From positions 2,645,127 to 2,669,126 of the forward strand of contig NZ_CP033580.1 of the NCBI RefSeq assembly GCF_003722315.1: a stretch of 24,000 nt of DNA, read 5' to 3'. Source of the stretch: Thermoanaerobacter ethanolicus JW 200 (GTDB lineage: Bacteria; Bacillota; Thermoanaerobacteria; Thermoanaerobacterales; Thermoanaerobacteraceae). Below the pieces are notes generated by a model, which saw nothing but the letters and a program-made list of their open reading frames with translations, was not told the origin of the DNA and made no database searches. Below are positions 14,032-23,917 of this stretch, piece by piece. Numbering within the stretch: position 1 is the stretch's first letter; every line of letters starts with the position of its first letter. Both the position numbers and the translations under genes were made by a program.

Positions 14032-15858
14032 TTACTCTACAGTTACTGACTTTGCAAGATTACGCGGTTTATCTACGTCACATCCTTTTTCTACTGCCAT
14101 ATAATATGCTAAAAGTTGCAAAGGCACAACTGTCAATACTGGAGTAAGCTCTTTAAGCGTTTCAGGTATATATATTACTTTATCTACAACGCCCTCAAGC
14201 TGCAAATTACCCTGCTTTGCAAAGGCGACTAAAAAACCACCTCTTGCTTTTACTTCTTTTATATTACTAAGCATCTTTTCAAAAAGGTCATCTTGTGTTG
14301 CAAGAGCTATCACAAGTGTTCCCTCTTCTACAAGGGCCAAAGTACCGTGTTTTAATTCACCAGCCGGATAAGCCTCTGAATGAATATAGGATATTTCTTT
14401 GAGTTTTAAAGAACCCTCCATAGCAACAGCATAGTCCAGTCCTCTTCCAATGTAAAATACGTCTTTTGCATTATAGTGTTCAGAGGCAAATTTTTGTATT
14501 ACATCTTTGTTGTCAAGTAAATACTGAACTTTTTCAGGAAGTTTCTTTAATTCTGTGCAAAGTTCCATAACCTTTGTTTTAGTTATTGTCCCTCTTTTTA
14601 TTGCAAGGTCCATAGCTACAAGATAGAGAGCTATAAGTTGCGTAGTATAAGCTTTGGTGGAAGCAACAGCTATTTCAGGACCTGCCCATGTGTATAGTAC
14701 ATCATCTGCTTCTCTGGAGACAGAACTTCCAACGACGTTTGTAATGGCTATAACTCTTGACCCTTTTTTCTTAGCTTCTTTTAATGCAGCAATGGTATCT
14801 GCTGTTTCCCCCGACTGGCTTATTACAATTGTAAGAGTTCTTTCATTTACTAAGGGGTTTCTATATCTAAATTCTGAAGCGACATCTACTTCAACAGGTA
14901 TTCTCGCAAGATTTTCTATGACGTATTTCCCAACAACACCCGCATGATAAGCTGTTCCACAGGCTACAATAAAGATTTTATCTATCTTTTCAAGGTCTTC
15001 TTTAGTAATTTTCACATCATCTAAAACTATTTCTGAATCATCAATTATTCTGCCTCTTAATGTATCTTTTATAGCACTTGGCTGCTCGTGAATTTCTTTT
15101 ATCATGAAATGTTCATAACCGCCCTTTTCAGCCGCCTCTACATCCCATTTTACTTCAAAAAGCGATTTTTCTACTTGCCTTCCAAACATGTCTATAAACT
15201 CTACGCTGTCTTTTTTAATTATGGCAATCTCATGATCATCAAGAAAATATACACTTCTTGTATGTTTTAATATAGCTGGGATATCAGATGCAATAAAGTT
15301 TTCACCATTGCCTATTCCAACTATAAGAGGTGCTTCTTTTCTTGCAGCTACAATCATATCGGGATTGTTTTTGCACAAAACGCCTAAGGCATAAGAACCT
15401 TCAATTCTGTCTAAAACTTTTTTCACAGCCTCTACTATATCGCCATTGTAATAATACTCCAGCAAATTTGCTACAACTTCTGTATCAGTCTCAGACTTAA
15501 AGGTATAACCTTCCTCTAACAGCCATTTCTTCAGTGGAAGATAGTTTTCAATTATGCCATTGTGGACTACTGCAATTAGCCCTGATTGGGATAAATGAGG
15601 ATGGGAGTTTGTATCAGATGGTTCACCATGCGTAGCCCACCTTGTGTGTCCTATGCCTATTGTCCCTACCATATTATCTTTTTCAACAAGCTCTTTTAGG
15701 ACGTTTAATCTTCCCTTCGCTTTCTTTATATTTATATTGCCATCATTTAAAATGGCAATTCCTGCCGAATCATAGCCTCGATACTCCAATTTTGTCAAAC
15801 CTTCTAAAAGTATTGGCGTCGCCTGTTTATCGCCAATATATCCTACAATTCCACACAT
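14032..15858 (-). CDS. glmS: Glutamine--fructose-6-phosphate aminotransferase (isomerising)
   Basis: MCGIVGYIG N-terminus (Cys must follow the initiator Met), two SIS domains and the C-terminal KPRNLAKSVTVE. The start is moved from 15894 to the ATG at 15858, with GAGAGGAG upstream. The 12-codon ORF-track extension lies inside the ribozyme. Confidence 0.95.
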   Translation of the reverse strand: MCGIVGYIGDKQATPILLEGLTKLEYRGYDSAGIAILNDGNINIKKAKGRLNVLKELVEKDNMVGTIGIGHTRWATHGEPSDTNSHPHLSQSGLIAVVHNGIIENYLPLKKWLLEEGYTFKSETDTEVVANLLEYYYNGDIVEAVKKVLDRIEGSYALGVLCKNNPDMIVAARKEAPLIVGIGNGENFIASDIPAILKHTRSVYFLDDHEIAIIKKDSVEFIDMFGRQVEKSLFEVKWDVEAAEKGGYEHFMIKEIHEQPSAIKDTLRGRIIDDSEIVLDDVKITKEDLEKIDKIFIVACGTAYHAGVVGKYVIENLARIPVEVDVASEFRYRNPLVNERTLTIVISQSGETADTIAALKEAKKKGSRVIAITNVVGSSVSREADDVLYTWAGPEIAVASTKAYTTQLIALYLVAMDLAIKRGTITKTKVMELCTELKKLPEKVQYLLDNKDVIQKFASEHYNAKDVFYIGRGLDYAVAMEGSLKLKEISYIHSEAYPAGELKHGTLALVEEGTLVIALATQDDLFEKMLSNIKEVKARGGFLVAFAKQGNLQLEGVVDKVIYIPETLKELTPVLTVVPLQLLAYYMAVEKGCDVDKPRNLAKSVTVE

Positions 15859-15892
15859 ACTCGGTCTCCTCTCACTTTTGTAATAAATATTC

Positions 15893-16040
15893 ATCCCTGC
15901 CCAGACTGCTTTATGCCACAGTCGCCTGTGGTTTTACCAGTCCTTTATCGGTCGCAGAAAACCGCAGGGCACCCGCCGATAACTCGATAAACCCTGTCCT
16001 CGTCAGCTTAAAGTATACACTTTAAGCCCAGGCGCTTTTT
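15893..16040 (-). ncRNA. glmS ribozyme: glmS ribozyme (GlcN6P-dependent self-cleaving riboswitch)
   Basis: Reverse strand reads A|GCGCCTGGGCTTAAAGTGTATACTTTAAGCTGACGAGGACAGGGTTTATCGAGTTATCGGCGGGTGCCCTGCGG...CCACAGGCGACTGTGG...CAGTCTGGGCAGGG. It contains the conserved AGCGCC cleavage-site core, GACGAGGA and AUCGGCGG..GCC elements and a P1 hairpin, directly 5' of glmS. The expected cleavage site is between 16036 and 16035. Confidence 0.9.
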
Positions 16041-16118
16041 TAATTTTTAATCCTTACCTTCTTTTACTCTTCTTCAATAGGCATCCCCCCTTTCAAATAA
16101 TACCTTTCGCACTTTTAT

Positions 16119-17462
16119 TTAATTTAATTTTCTTTCTATTAATTCAGCAAGTTCTTTTGCCATTTGACTAATTTTATCAGAATCTTTTCCTTCTACCATA
16201 ACTCTCACAAGAGGCTCAGTACCCGAGGGTCTTATAAGTACTCGTCCTTCTCCTCTCATTTCCCTTTCTAAGTTTTCAATTTCCCTTTTTATTTCTTCAT
16301 CCTCTAAATAAGCATGTTTTAACTCATTTTTTACTTTTGCGTTTATAAGAACTTGTGGGTAAGTAACCATGCAGGCAGCTAACTCTGACAATTTTTTGCC
16401 ACTTTCTTTTAAAATAGAACAAAGTTTTAAAGCAGTAATTTCCCCATCTCCAGTAGTATTGTCATTAAGGAAAATAATATGGCCTGATTGTTCGCCACCA
16501 ATAGAATATCCGCCTTTTATCATTTCTTCTAAAACATATCTGTCTCCTACTTTTGTCCTTATGAGATTAATCCCTTGCTCTTTAAGTGCAATCTCAAAGC
16601 CTATATTGCTCATAACTGTTGCCACAACTGTGTTATTTTTTAACCTACCTTTTTTCTTTAAATCTATAGCACATATTGCCATTATGTGGTCTCCATCAAC
16701 AACATTTCCTTTTTCATCAACTGCAATAAGTCTATCAGCATCTCCGTCAAAGGCTAAACCTATGTCGGCCCCATTTTCTATGACGAGTTGTTGCAATTTT
16801 TCAGGATGAGTAGACCCACAATTGACATTTATCTTTTCCCCTATAGGCTCTGCTCCATGTAATATGACTTCCGCCCCTAGTTCTTTAAATAGAATTGGCG
16901 CTACTGTGCTGCTAGCTCCATAAGCACAATCAATTACAATTTTCATTCCTTTTAAATCCCCATCAATAGTAGACTTTAAGAACTCTATGTAATCTCTATG
17001 AGAATTTGTGTATTCTTTCCTGGTACCTATTCCCGTCCCAATAGGAGAAGGCAACTCAATTTTTTCTTTTATTATATTTTCTATTCTATCTTCTACTTCA
17101 TCTGGCAATTTATACCCATTTTTATCAAAAAATTTTATCCCATTGTACTCTACGGGATTATGAGATGCCGATATCATAACTCCAGCATCTGCTTGATATA
17201 ATCGGGTAAGGTAAGCTACCGCTGGTGTAGGAATTATCCCCACACTTATGACCTCCGCCCCTACAGAGGTAAGACCAGCAGCTAATGCGCATTCTAGCAT
17301 GTCGCTAGAAATACGGCTGTCTTTTCCCACTACAATTTTGGGCCTATGACTTCCTTCCGTCAAAGCATATGCTCCTGCTCTTCCTAGTTCAAAAGCAAGT
17401 TGTGGAGTCAAGTCATAATTAGCTATACCTCTAACACCATCTGTACCAAACAACCTTGCCAT
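16119..17462 (-). CDS. glmM: Phosphoglucosamine mutase
   Basis: [16 protein letters not shown]-terminus, active-site phosphoserine motif [15 protein letters not shown], 447 aa. Confidence 0.95.
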   Translation of the reverse strand: MARLFGTDGVRGIANYDLTPQLAFELGRAGAYALTEGSHRPKIVVGKDSRISSDMLECALAAGLTSVGAEVISVGIIPTPAVAYLTRLYQADAGVMISASHNPVEYNGIKFFDKNGYKLPDEVEDRIENIIKEKIELPSPIGTGIGTRKEYTNSHRDYIEFLKSTIDGDLKGMKIVIDCAYGASSTVAPILFKELGAEVILHGAEPIGEKINVNCGSTHPEKLQQLVIENGADIGLAFDGDADRLIAVDEKGNVVDGDHIMAICAIDLKKKGRLKNNTVVATVMSNIGFEIALKEQGINLIRTKVGDRYVLEEMIKGGYSIGGEQSGHIIFLNDNTTGDGEITALKLCSILKESGKKLSELAACMVTYPQVLINAKVKNELKHAYLEDEEIKREIENLEREMRGEGRVLIRPSGTEPLVRVMVEGKDSDKISQMAKELAELIERKLN

Positions 17463-17495
17463 TTTCTATCTCCTCTCAATAAATCATACGATAAT

Positions 17496-17524
17496 ATTTT
17501 ATCACAGTGAAAACCATATTTCAA
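17496..17524 (-). promoter_or_regulatory. Candidate sigma-A promoter (extended -10) for glmM
   Basis: Reverse strand reads TTGAAA (17524-17519), 17 nt, TAAAAT (17501-17496), with TG one base upstream of the -10 (TGaTAAAAT). It lies ~35 nt upstream of the glmM ATG. Confidence 0.55.
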
Positions 17525-17530
17525 TTTACA

Positions 17531-18130
17531 CTATTCCTCCAACATTGTTAATATATTTTGCATAACTTTGTCTCTCAATTCAACAATTTCCATCTTTATA
17601 TCAATATTCAGATTTGGGTAAATTGGTTCCCCTATTTTTAGTTCAATTTTTCCCCTAAATTTGGGAAAATATTTGCCAAAAGGTAGTATTTCTCTTGTGC
17701 CTTTTATAGCCACTGGCACAATGGGCTTTCCCGATTTATATGCTATATACATAGCCCCTTCATACATTTTTTCTACTTTGCCAGTTGGTGATATTCCTCC
17801 TTCTGGAAATAATCCTATAGAATTTCCTTCCTTTAGTCTAAATAACGCTTGTTTTATGGCATTTAAATCAGGCGAATTTTTCTTTATGGGAATTGCTTTA
17901 TCAATTTTTAAAAAATATTTTAAAAAACGCCTTTTATAAAGTTCAGAACTTGCTAAAAATATAACGGGTCTTTTTACAGAACAGGCTACCACAACTGGGT
18001 CTAGCAAACTTTGATGGTTTGCAACAAAAATACAAGCTCCCTCAGGCAAATTTTTCTCATATTTTACTTCAAAGGAATAGAATATCTTAAGAATCAATTT
18101 AGCAATAAGCCGTAAAATTCTATATAACAA
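17531..18130 (-). CDS. plsC: 1-acyl-sn-glycerol-3-phosphate acyltransferase
   Basis: HX4D motif ANHQSLLDP and the FPEGG block (GLFPEGGISPTG), 199 aa. TTG start at 18130 with GGGAGG 10 nt upstream; there is no in-frame ATG near the N-terminus. Confidence 0.88.
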   Translation of the reverse strand: MLYRILRLIAKLILKIFYSFEVKYEKNLPEGACIFVANHQSLLDPVVVACSVKRPVIFLASSELYKRRFLKYFLKIDKAIPIKKNSPDLNAIKQALFRLKEGNSIGLFPEGGISPTGKVEKMYEGAMYIAYKSGKPIVPVAIKGTREILPFGKYFPKFRGKIELKIGEPIYPNLNIDIKMEIVELRDKVMQNILTMLEE

Positions 18131-18251
18131 AAAAATAATACCTCCCTTCCTCTAATGACAAATTCAATAAAGTCAGCGCTATAAGATATATTCGCCACAA
18201 TCTTTAACAATCCTTCTTTTAATAAAAAATGGAGGAAATTATCTCCCCCTC

Positions 18252-18827
18252 TTAGATTACCTCCAGCCCTTTTCTAAAGGCATTTGTATTTAATTCAACA
18301 AATTTTTGTGGCACGTTATTTTTTATTACCTCTTCCCAATCAATGCCTTGTAGTCCTAAATATTTAACAAGTACTCCTAAAAGAACTATATTTTGAGCCT
18401 TTATATTTCCAAGGCTCTCTGCTATTTTATCTGCATCTACTGCAATTGTCTTTACGCTTTTTGATATTTCCTCAATTAAGTTCTTGGGATACTCTTCTTT
18501 GCTTATGAGCACAGAAAGTGGAGGTATTTCTACCGTATTTACAATGACAACGCCGTCTTTTTTAAGATAATTTAACCATCGCACAGCTTCCATTTTTTCA
18601 AAGGCTACGATAACATCAGCAGCCCCAACTTCAATGACTGGAGAATAAACTTTTTCTCCAAACCTTATTTGAGTATTGACACTTCCTCCTCTTTGAGACA
18701 TGCCGTGGACTTCTGACATTTTTACATCATAACCACTTTTTAATAGTCCTTCCGCCAAAACATTACTGGCTAGAATAGTGCCTTGCCCTCCTACCCCTAC
18801 CATTAATATGCTTTTCACTTCTTGCAC
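18252..18827 (-). CDS. iorB: Indolepyruvate:ferredoxin oxidoreductase, beta subunit
   Basis: 191 aa, N-terminus ILMVGVGGQGTILASNVLAEG...MSEVHGMSQRGGSV typical of IorB. GTG start at 18827 with GAGGTGA 6 nt upstream. It lies directly after iorA. Confidence 0.88.
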   Translation of the reverse strand: MQEVKSILMVGVGGQGTILASNVLAEGLLKSGYDVKMSEVHGMSQRGGSVNTQIRFGEKVYSPVIEVGAADVIVAFEKMEAVRWLNYLKKDGVVIVNTVEIPPLSVLISKEEYPKNLIEEISKSVKTIAVDADKIAESLGNIKAQNIVLLGVLVKYLGLQGIDWEEVIKNNVPQKFVELNTNAFRKGLEVI

Positions 18828-18833
18828 TTTATT

Positions 18834-20567
18834 TCACCTCACCTTTTCTATAGCATCGAAAGGACATACCTGCATACAAACTGTACATCCGGTACACTGG
18901 TCAGGGTCTATGCTAAATATTCCATCTTTTTTGCTTATAGCAGGACAACCTATCCTTAGACACAAACCGCATTTTTTGCATTTATCTTGGTCTATTCTAC
19001 ACTCTCCCTGAGGTCTCGGAGGAATCAAAGCACAAGGTCCCTTTGCTACAATTACCATTGTATCGTCAGTATTCATAGCTTCATCAACAGCATTTTCAAC
19101 TTCTTTTAAGTTAAAAGGATCAACCACTCTTACTCTTTTTACTCCTATTGCTTCACTTAATTTCGCTATATCTATTTCTGGAGCCTCTTCTCCCATCAAA
19201 GTTTTCCCAGTTCCAGGATTGTGCTGATGCCCCGTCATAGCTGTTATGCGGTTGTCAAGAATTATAGGTACAGCATTTCCTTTATTGTAGACTATATCAA
19301 TCAAACCTGTTATTCCTGAATGGAAGAAAGTTGAGTCACCTATTACACTAAAAATCTTTTGTTTCCTTCCTTTGTGTTCATTGGCCTTTTGGAATCCGTG
19401 AGATCCAGAAATACTTGCTCCCATGCAAACACAGGTATCTATAGCTTCCAGTGGAGGAGCTGCCCCTAAAGTATAACATCCAATGTCGCCTAAGACTGGA
19501 ACTCTCTTTTTTTTCAATACGTAGAAAACTCCCCTGTGAGGACATCCTGCACAAAGCATAGGAGGTCTACCTGGCACTTTTGTATCAACTGATATATGCT
19601 CTAATTCTTCACCCTTTATAGCTTTTCTTATTATACCAGGATTTAATTCCCCTACTATCGGCAATATCTCTTTGCCTATGACTTTTATTCCTAAGCTTTT
19701 TACATGTTCTTCGATGTAAGGTTCCAATTCCTCTACAACGTATAGTTTTTTAACTCCTTCTGCGAATTTTTTTATAAGCTCTGATGGCAAAGGATAAGTC
19801 ATTCCTAATTTTAAGATTGAAACTTCATCTCCAAAAACTTCTTTTACATAAAGATAGCTTATACCACTGGTAATTATGCCAATTTCTCTATCATTCCATT
19901 CTATTCTGTTAATAGAAATTTCTTCTGACAATTGTCTTAAAGCCTTTAATCTTTCTTCTACAACTACATGCCTTTTTTGTGCATTAGCAGGCACCATTAC
20001 ATATTTAGGAATATCTTTTTTATAAGGTTTCATCTCTACATTTTGTCTTTCACCTAATTCTACTACTCCTTTGCCATGACTTACCCTTGTTGTAAGCCTT
20101 AACAAAACAGGAGTATCGTACTTTTCACTTATGTCCAATGCGTATCCTACAAAATCTTTACATTCTTGACTGTCTGAAGGTTCTAACATGGGTATTTTAG
20201 CAAATTTTGCATAATACCTATTGTCCTGTTCATTTTGTGATGAGTGCATTCCAGGGTCATCTGCCGTTACAATTACACAACCCCCATTAACACCTGTATA
20301 TGCAAAAGTGAAAAGTGGGTCTGCTGCCACATTAAGGCCAACATGTTTCATAGCAGCAAGACTTCTTGCGCCTGCGATAGAAGCACCAATTGCTGCTTCA
20401 ACAGCAACTTTTTCATTTGGCGCCCATTCAGAATATATTTCTTTGTACTTAGCTATATTCTCTATTATCTCTGTGCTTGGTGTACCAGGGTATGCAGCAG
20501 CAAAAGTGATGCCGTACTCATAAGCACCTCTTGCTACTGCTTCATCTCCCATCATTATTTTTTTCAT
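18834..20567 (-). CDS. iorA: Indolepyruvate:ferredoxin oxidoreductase, alpha subunit (TPP- and 2x[4Fe-4S]-binding)
   Basis: 577 aa, N-terminus MGDEAVARGAYEYGITFAAAYPGTPSTEI. C-terminal ferredoxin motifs are CKKCGLCLRIGCP and CTGCTVCMQVCP. Confidence 0.92.
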   Translation of the reverse strand: MKKIMMGDEAVARGAYEYGITFAAAYPGTPSTEIIENIAKYKEIYSEWAPNEKVAVEAAIGASIAGARSLAAMKHVGLNVAADPLFTFAYTGVNGGCVIVTADDPGMHSSQNEQDNRYYAKFAKIPMLEPSDSQECKDFVGYALDISEKYDTPVLLRLTTRVSHGKGVVELGERQNVEMKPYKKDIPKYVMVPANAQKRHVVVEERLKALRQLSEEISINRIEWNDREIGIITSGISYLYVKEVFGDEVSILKLGMTYPLPSELIKKFAEGVKKLYVVEELEPYIEEHVKSLGIKVIGKEILPIVGELNPGIIRKAIKGEELEHISVDTKVPGRPPMLCAGCPHRGVFYVLKKKRVPVLGDIGCYTLGAAPPLEAIDTCVCMGASISGSHGFQKANEHKGRKQKIFSVIGDSTFFHSGITGLIDIVYNKGNAVPIILDNRITAMTGHQHNPGTGKTLMGEEAPEIDIAKLSEAIGVKRVRVVDPFNLKEVENAVDEAMNTDDTMVIVAKGPCALIPPRPQGECRIDQDKCKKCGLCLRIGCPAISKKDGIFSIDPDQCTGCTVCMQVCPFDAIEKVR

Positions 20568-20596
20568 TCATTTTCCCCCCATTTAATTTATCGTTA

Positions 20597-21487
20597 TCAA
20601 AAAGATACTGCACAGGCAAAAGCTATAGAATTAAACTTATCTTCGTGGGAATCAGCTCTTGAAACTAGAACAATTGGCGCTTTTGCTCCTACCACAATTC
20701 CCGCACTTCTTGCCTTTGCAAAATAAGTAAAGCTTTTACCTAAAGCATTTCCTACCTCTATAAATGGCACCAACAAAATATCGGCATCTCCTGCAACCTC
20801 ACTTTTTACTCCTTTGTGAATTGCCGCCTCTTTGCTTATGGCAAGGTCAAAAGCTAAAGGACCATCTACTATTCCTTCTATCTCACCTCTTTGGTTCATT
20901 TCCTTTAATTTAGCGGCTTCAACAGTGGAAGGCATTTTAGGGTTTACCACTTCTACCGCCGACAAACAGGCTACTTTAGGATTTTCTATTTCTATAGCTT
21001 TTGCCACTTTAATAGCATTTTTTAAAATTTGCACTTTTTCTTCTAAAGTAGGACTAATATTCATTCCTCCATCAGTCAAAAGCAATAACTTGTGATAGTT
21101 GGGAATTTCATAAACCATTACATGACTGAGTAATCCTTCTCCTCTAATGCCGTATTCGCTGTCAAGAACAGCCCTTAAAAGAGTAGCAGTAGGAACAAGA
21201 CCTTTCATGACAAAAGAAGCCCTACCTTCTCTAACTTCTAAAACTGCCCTTTTGCATTTTTCCGACTCTTCTTTTTCATCAATTATTTCATATTGCTTAA
21301 TATCAATGCCTATATCTTTTGCAATAGTTTCTATTTTTTCTTTAATACCTACCAATATAGGATTTCCTATCCCTTCTTTTCTTGCAGATTCGCATGCTAA
21401 CAATACTTCACAGTCTTCTGCCCCTGCCACAGTAAATATTTTATTGAATCCTTTTGCTTTCTCTACAATTTCACTTAATTTTTTCAA
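20597..21487 (-). CDS. ptb: Phosphate butyryltransferase (PTA_PTB family phosphate acyltransferase)
   Basis: 296 aa with Ptb-like length and pattern (...VAGAEDCEVLLACESARKEGI..PILVG... LLTDGGMNI ... VLVSRADS). TTG start at 21487 with GGAGGTG 4 nt upstream. Confidence 0.85.
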   Translation of the reverse strand: MKKLSEIVEKAKGFNKIFTVAGAEDCEVLLACESARKEGIGNPILVGIKEKIETIAKDIGIDIKQYEIIDEKEESEKCKRAVLEVREGRASFVMKGLVPTATLLRAVLDSEYGIRGEGLLSHVMVYEIPNYHKLLLLTDGGMNISPTLEEKVQILKNAIKVAKAIEIENPKVACLSAVEVVNPKMPSTVEAAKLKEMNQRGEIEGIVDGPLAFDLAISKEAAIHKGVKSEVAGDADILLVPFIEVGNALGKSFTYFAKARSAGIVVGAKAPIVLVSRADSHEDKFNSIAFACAVSF

Positions 21488-21504
21488 ATTTACACCTCCT
21501 ACAG

Positions 21505-21534
21505 AAAAAATAACCTCCGAAGAGGTTATTTTTT
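21505..21534 (-). terminator. Intra-cluster terminator/attenuator hairpin between the VOR gamma gene and ptb
   Basis: AAAAAATAACCTC (21505-21517), loop CGAA, GAGGTTATTTTTT (21522-21534). On the minus strand a stem with a GAGG/CCTC core is followed by a U-run. It includes the gamma-subunit stop codon and ends ~10 nt before the ptb SD. Confidence 0.45.
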
Positions 21535-22083
21535 AGTTGTAATGAGACTTTTTACTAATTCTGCTCCCCTATTTAACGCTTTTTCATTTATAGGCATCAA
21601 ATGCTCTTTACCTTTGCCAAAGACCTCAGGCAGAGCTTTTAGTACTGTTTCCATTTTTACAACTTTAGTAGCTTCTATGAAAGCTCCTAGCATCACCATG
21701 TTAGCAATTTTTAAATTACCCAATTCATTAGCAATATCATTGGCAGGTATCTCATACACTTCTATATCTTTTCTCTCTGCTTTTCTATCTACTAATGAAG
21801 TATTTATGAATAATTTTCCACCTGGTATCACATAAGATTCATATTTGTCTAAAGAAGGCCTATTCATTACAACTACAGAGGTAGCCTCTGTAATAATTGG
21901 AGAGCCTACTTCCTCATCTGATACAGTGACATTACAATAGGCAGTTCCTCCTCTCATTTCAGGACCATAAGAAGGAGTCCAAGACACATTTTTCCCTTCA
22001 AACATTCCCGCATAGGTAATTATAAGCCCCATTGATAAAACTCCTTGACCACCAAAGCCTGCAAAAATTATTCTTTCTTCCAT
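21526..22083 (-). CDS. 2-oxoacid:ferredoxin oxidoreductase, gamma subunit
   Basis: 185 aa, IIFAGFGGQGVLSMG...SYGPEMRGGTA motif typical of OFOR gamma subunits. Confidence 0.9.
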   Translation of the reverse strand: MEERIIFAGFGGQGVLSMGLIITYAGMFEGKNVSWTPSYGPEMRGGTAYCNVTVSDEEVGSPIITEATSVVVMNRPSLDKYESYVIPGGKLFINTSLVDRKAERKDIEVYEIPANDIANELGNLKIANMVMLGAFIEATKVVKMETVLKALPEVFGKGKEHLMPINEKALNRGAELVKSLITTKK

Positions 22084-22085
22084 AA

Positions 22086-22835
22086 TTACTTAACCTCCTC
22101 TAAGGTGTTTTTATACACACCCAAAGGGTAATACGGTTCCATGTGCTCTTTTATCCAATTTAATGCCTCTACCGGTGTCATACCCCAGTTAGTAGGACAA
22201 CTAGAGAGCACTTCTATCATAGAAAACCCCTTTTTTTGTATTTGAGCTAAAAATGCATTTTTTATGGCTTTTTTAGCCTGCATTACATGTTTTACATCGT
22301 AAACAGATACTCTTTCAATATATGCTGTACCCTCAAGGGTTGCTAGCATTTCACTCACTCTAATGGGATAACCATTTATTTCTGGCTTTCTTCCGTAAGG
22401 AGTAGTAGTTGTTTCCTGACCAATTAATGTAGTAGGAGCCATTTGTCCTCCTGTCATTCCATAGTTAGCATTGTTGACAAAAATAACTGTTATATTTTCT
22501 CCCCTTGCAGCCGCATGAACAATCTCTGCTGTTCCAATAGCTGCTAAGTCTCCATCTCCTTGATAAGTAAACACAATTTTATCAGGATGAACTCTCTTAA
22601 TACCTGTAGCAACTGCTGGAGCCCTCCCATGAGCTGCCTCTTGCATATCACAATTAAAATAGTCATATGCAAATACAGCACATCCTACAGGAGCAACACC
22701 TATTGCCTTATCTAAAACATCTAACTCTTCCATAATTTCAGCTACTAACCTGTGGATTATACCATGAGTACAGCCTGGACAATAATGAAAAGGCGTATCT
22801 GTCAATCCCTTTGTTTTTTGAAATACAACAGCCAT
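22086..22835 (-). CDS. 2-oxoacid:ferredoxin oxidoreductase, beta (TPP-binding) subunit
   Basis: 249 aa, N-terminal YCPGCTHG Cys motif and TPP-binding GDGD...NN block ([10 protein letters not shown]...[12 protein letters not shown]). Confidence 0.9.
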   Translation of the reverse strand: MAVVFQKTKGLTDTPFHYCPGCTHGIIHRLVAEIMEELDVLDKAIGVAPVGCAVFAYDYFNCDMQEAAHGRAPAVATGIKRVHPDKIVFTYQGDGDLAAIGTAEIVHAAARGENITVIFVNNANYGMTGGQMAPTTLIGQETTTTPYGRKPEINGYPIRVSEMLATLEGTAYIERVSVYDVKHVMQAKKAIKNAFLAQIQKKGFSMIEVLSSCPTNWGMTPVEALNWIKEHMEPYYPLGVYKNTLEEVK

Positions 22836-23902
22836 TATTTCACACCTCCTGCAATTTTCCTAATTTGTTCTAGCATCACAGATGGTTCTGGTATCATACC
22901 ACCTGGCCTTCCGTAGAAATAGACCGGCTTTTTGAATTGTACTGCAAGTTTTACATCTTCTACCATTTGTCCCATGCTCATTTCTACAGTCAAATAAGCT
23001 TTTGCGGTATCAACTGTCTTTTCGAAAGGCTCTTTCGGGAAAGGCCACAAGGAAATAGGTCTTATTAATCCTACTTTATACCCTTCTCTTCTTGCAATAT
23101 TCATCACATTCTTTGCTACGCGGGCAATAGTACCATAAGCAACTAAAATAACATCCGCATCTTCGCAATTTATCATTTCATATCTCACTTCATTCTTTTC
23201 AGCCTTTGCATATTTTTCAAATAATTGATAATTATATTTCTCTAATACAGGTGGATCGATATATAAAGAATTGATTATGTTTCTATGCTCTCTATTTCCT
23301 CTTCCTGTAGTAGCCCATGTTTTTTCTGGAATATCTCTCTTTCTTTTTTGAATATTTTCAAAATCTACAGGTTCCATCATCTGACCTAACATCCCATCTC
23401 CCAATATAACAACAGGGTTCCTATATTCATCTGCAATATCAAAAGCTTCTTGGACTAAATCTGCCATTTCTTGGATTGTAGAAGGAGCAAGGACAATCAA
23501 TCTATAATCTCCATGGCCTCCTCCTTTTGTAGATTGAAAGTAATCTCCTTGAGCTCCTTGAATGTCTCCTAATCCTGGGCCACCCCTCATTATATTCACA
23601 ATTACACAAGGTACTTGAGCACCTGCAAGATATGAGATACCTTCTTGCATAAGACTCAAACCAGGGCTGCTGGTGGAAGTCATAACACGAGCTCCTGCTC
23701 CACCTGCTCCATATACCATATTTATAGCAGAAACTTCACTTTCTGCTTGTAAAAATACGCCACCTACCTCTGGCATTCTCTTTGCCATGTAAGCTGTAAC
23801 CTCATTTTGAGGTGTTATAGGATAACCAAAGTAATGTCTACACCCAGCTTGAATAGCTGCTTCCGCTAACGCCTCATTACCTTTCATTAATACCTTAGCC
23901 AT
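22835..23902 (-). CDS. vorB: 2-oxoacid:ferredoxin oxidoreductase, alpha subunit (VorB-like, 2-oxoisovalerate type suggested)
   Basis: [35 protein letters not shown]-terminus typical of VorB/KorA-type alpha subunits. The start is moved from 23917 to the ATG at 23902 with GGAGGGGAG upstream. Its stop overlaps the beta-subunit start by 1 nt. Substrate specificity cannot be fixed from sequence alone. Confidence 0.88.
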   Translation of the reverse strand: MAKVLMKGNEALAEAAIQAGCRHYFGYPITPQNEVTAYMAKRMPEVGGVFLQAESEVSAINMVYGAGGAGARVMTSTSSPGLSLMQEGISYLAGAQVPCVIVNIMRGGPGLGDIQGAQGDYFQSTKGGGHGDYRLIVLAPSTIQEMADLVQEAFDIADEYRNPVVILGDGMLGQMMEPVDFENIQKRKRDIPEKTWATTGRGNREHRNIINSLYIDPPVLEKYNYQLFEKYAKAEKNEVRYEMINCEDADVILVAYGTIARVAKNVMNIARREGYKVGLIRPISLWPFPKEPFEKTVDTAKAYLTVEMSMGQMVEDVKLAVQFKKPVYFYGRPGGMIPEPSVMLEQIRKIAGGVK

Positions 23903-23917
23903 CTTACTCCCCTCCAT

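Noticed and set aside
18228-18251. Terminator after iorB
   Set aside because: There is only a 4-bp GGAG/CTCC stem before the T-run on the minus strand, which is too weak to call, especially for a probable thermophile.
14654-21835. ORFs 14654-14947, 15088-15270, 15642-16025, 16369-16809, 16998-17201, 17661-17939, 18778-19011, 20221-20523, 20244-20726, 20832-21095, 21147-21536 and 21542-21835 (all +)
   Set aside because: They lie antisense to glmS, the ribozyme, glmM, plsC, iorAB, ptb and the VOR gamma gene. No independent support exists. 15642-16025 also runs through the glmS ribozyme.
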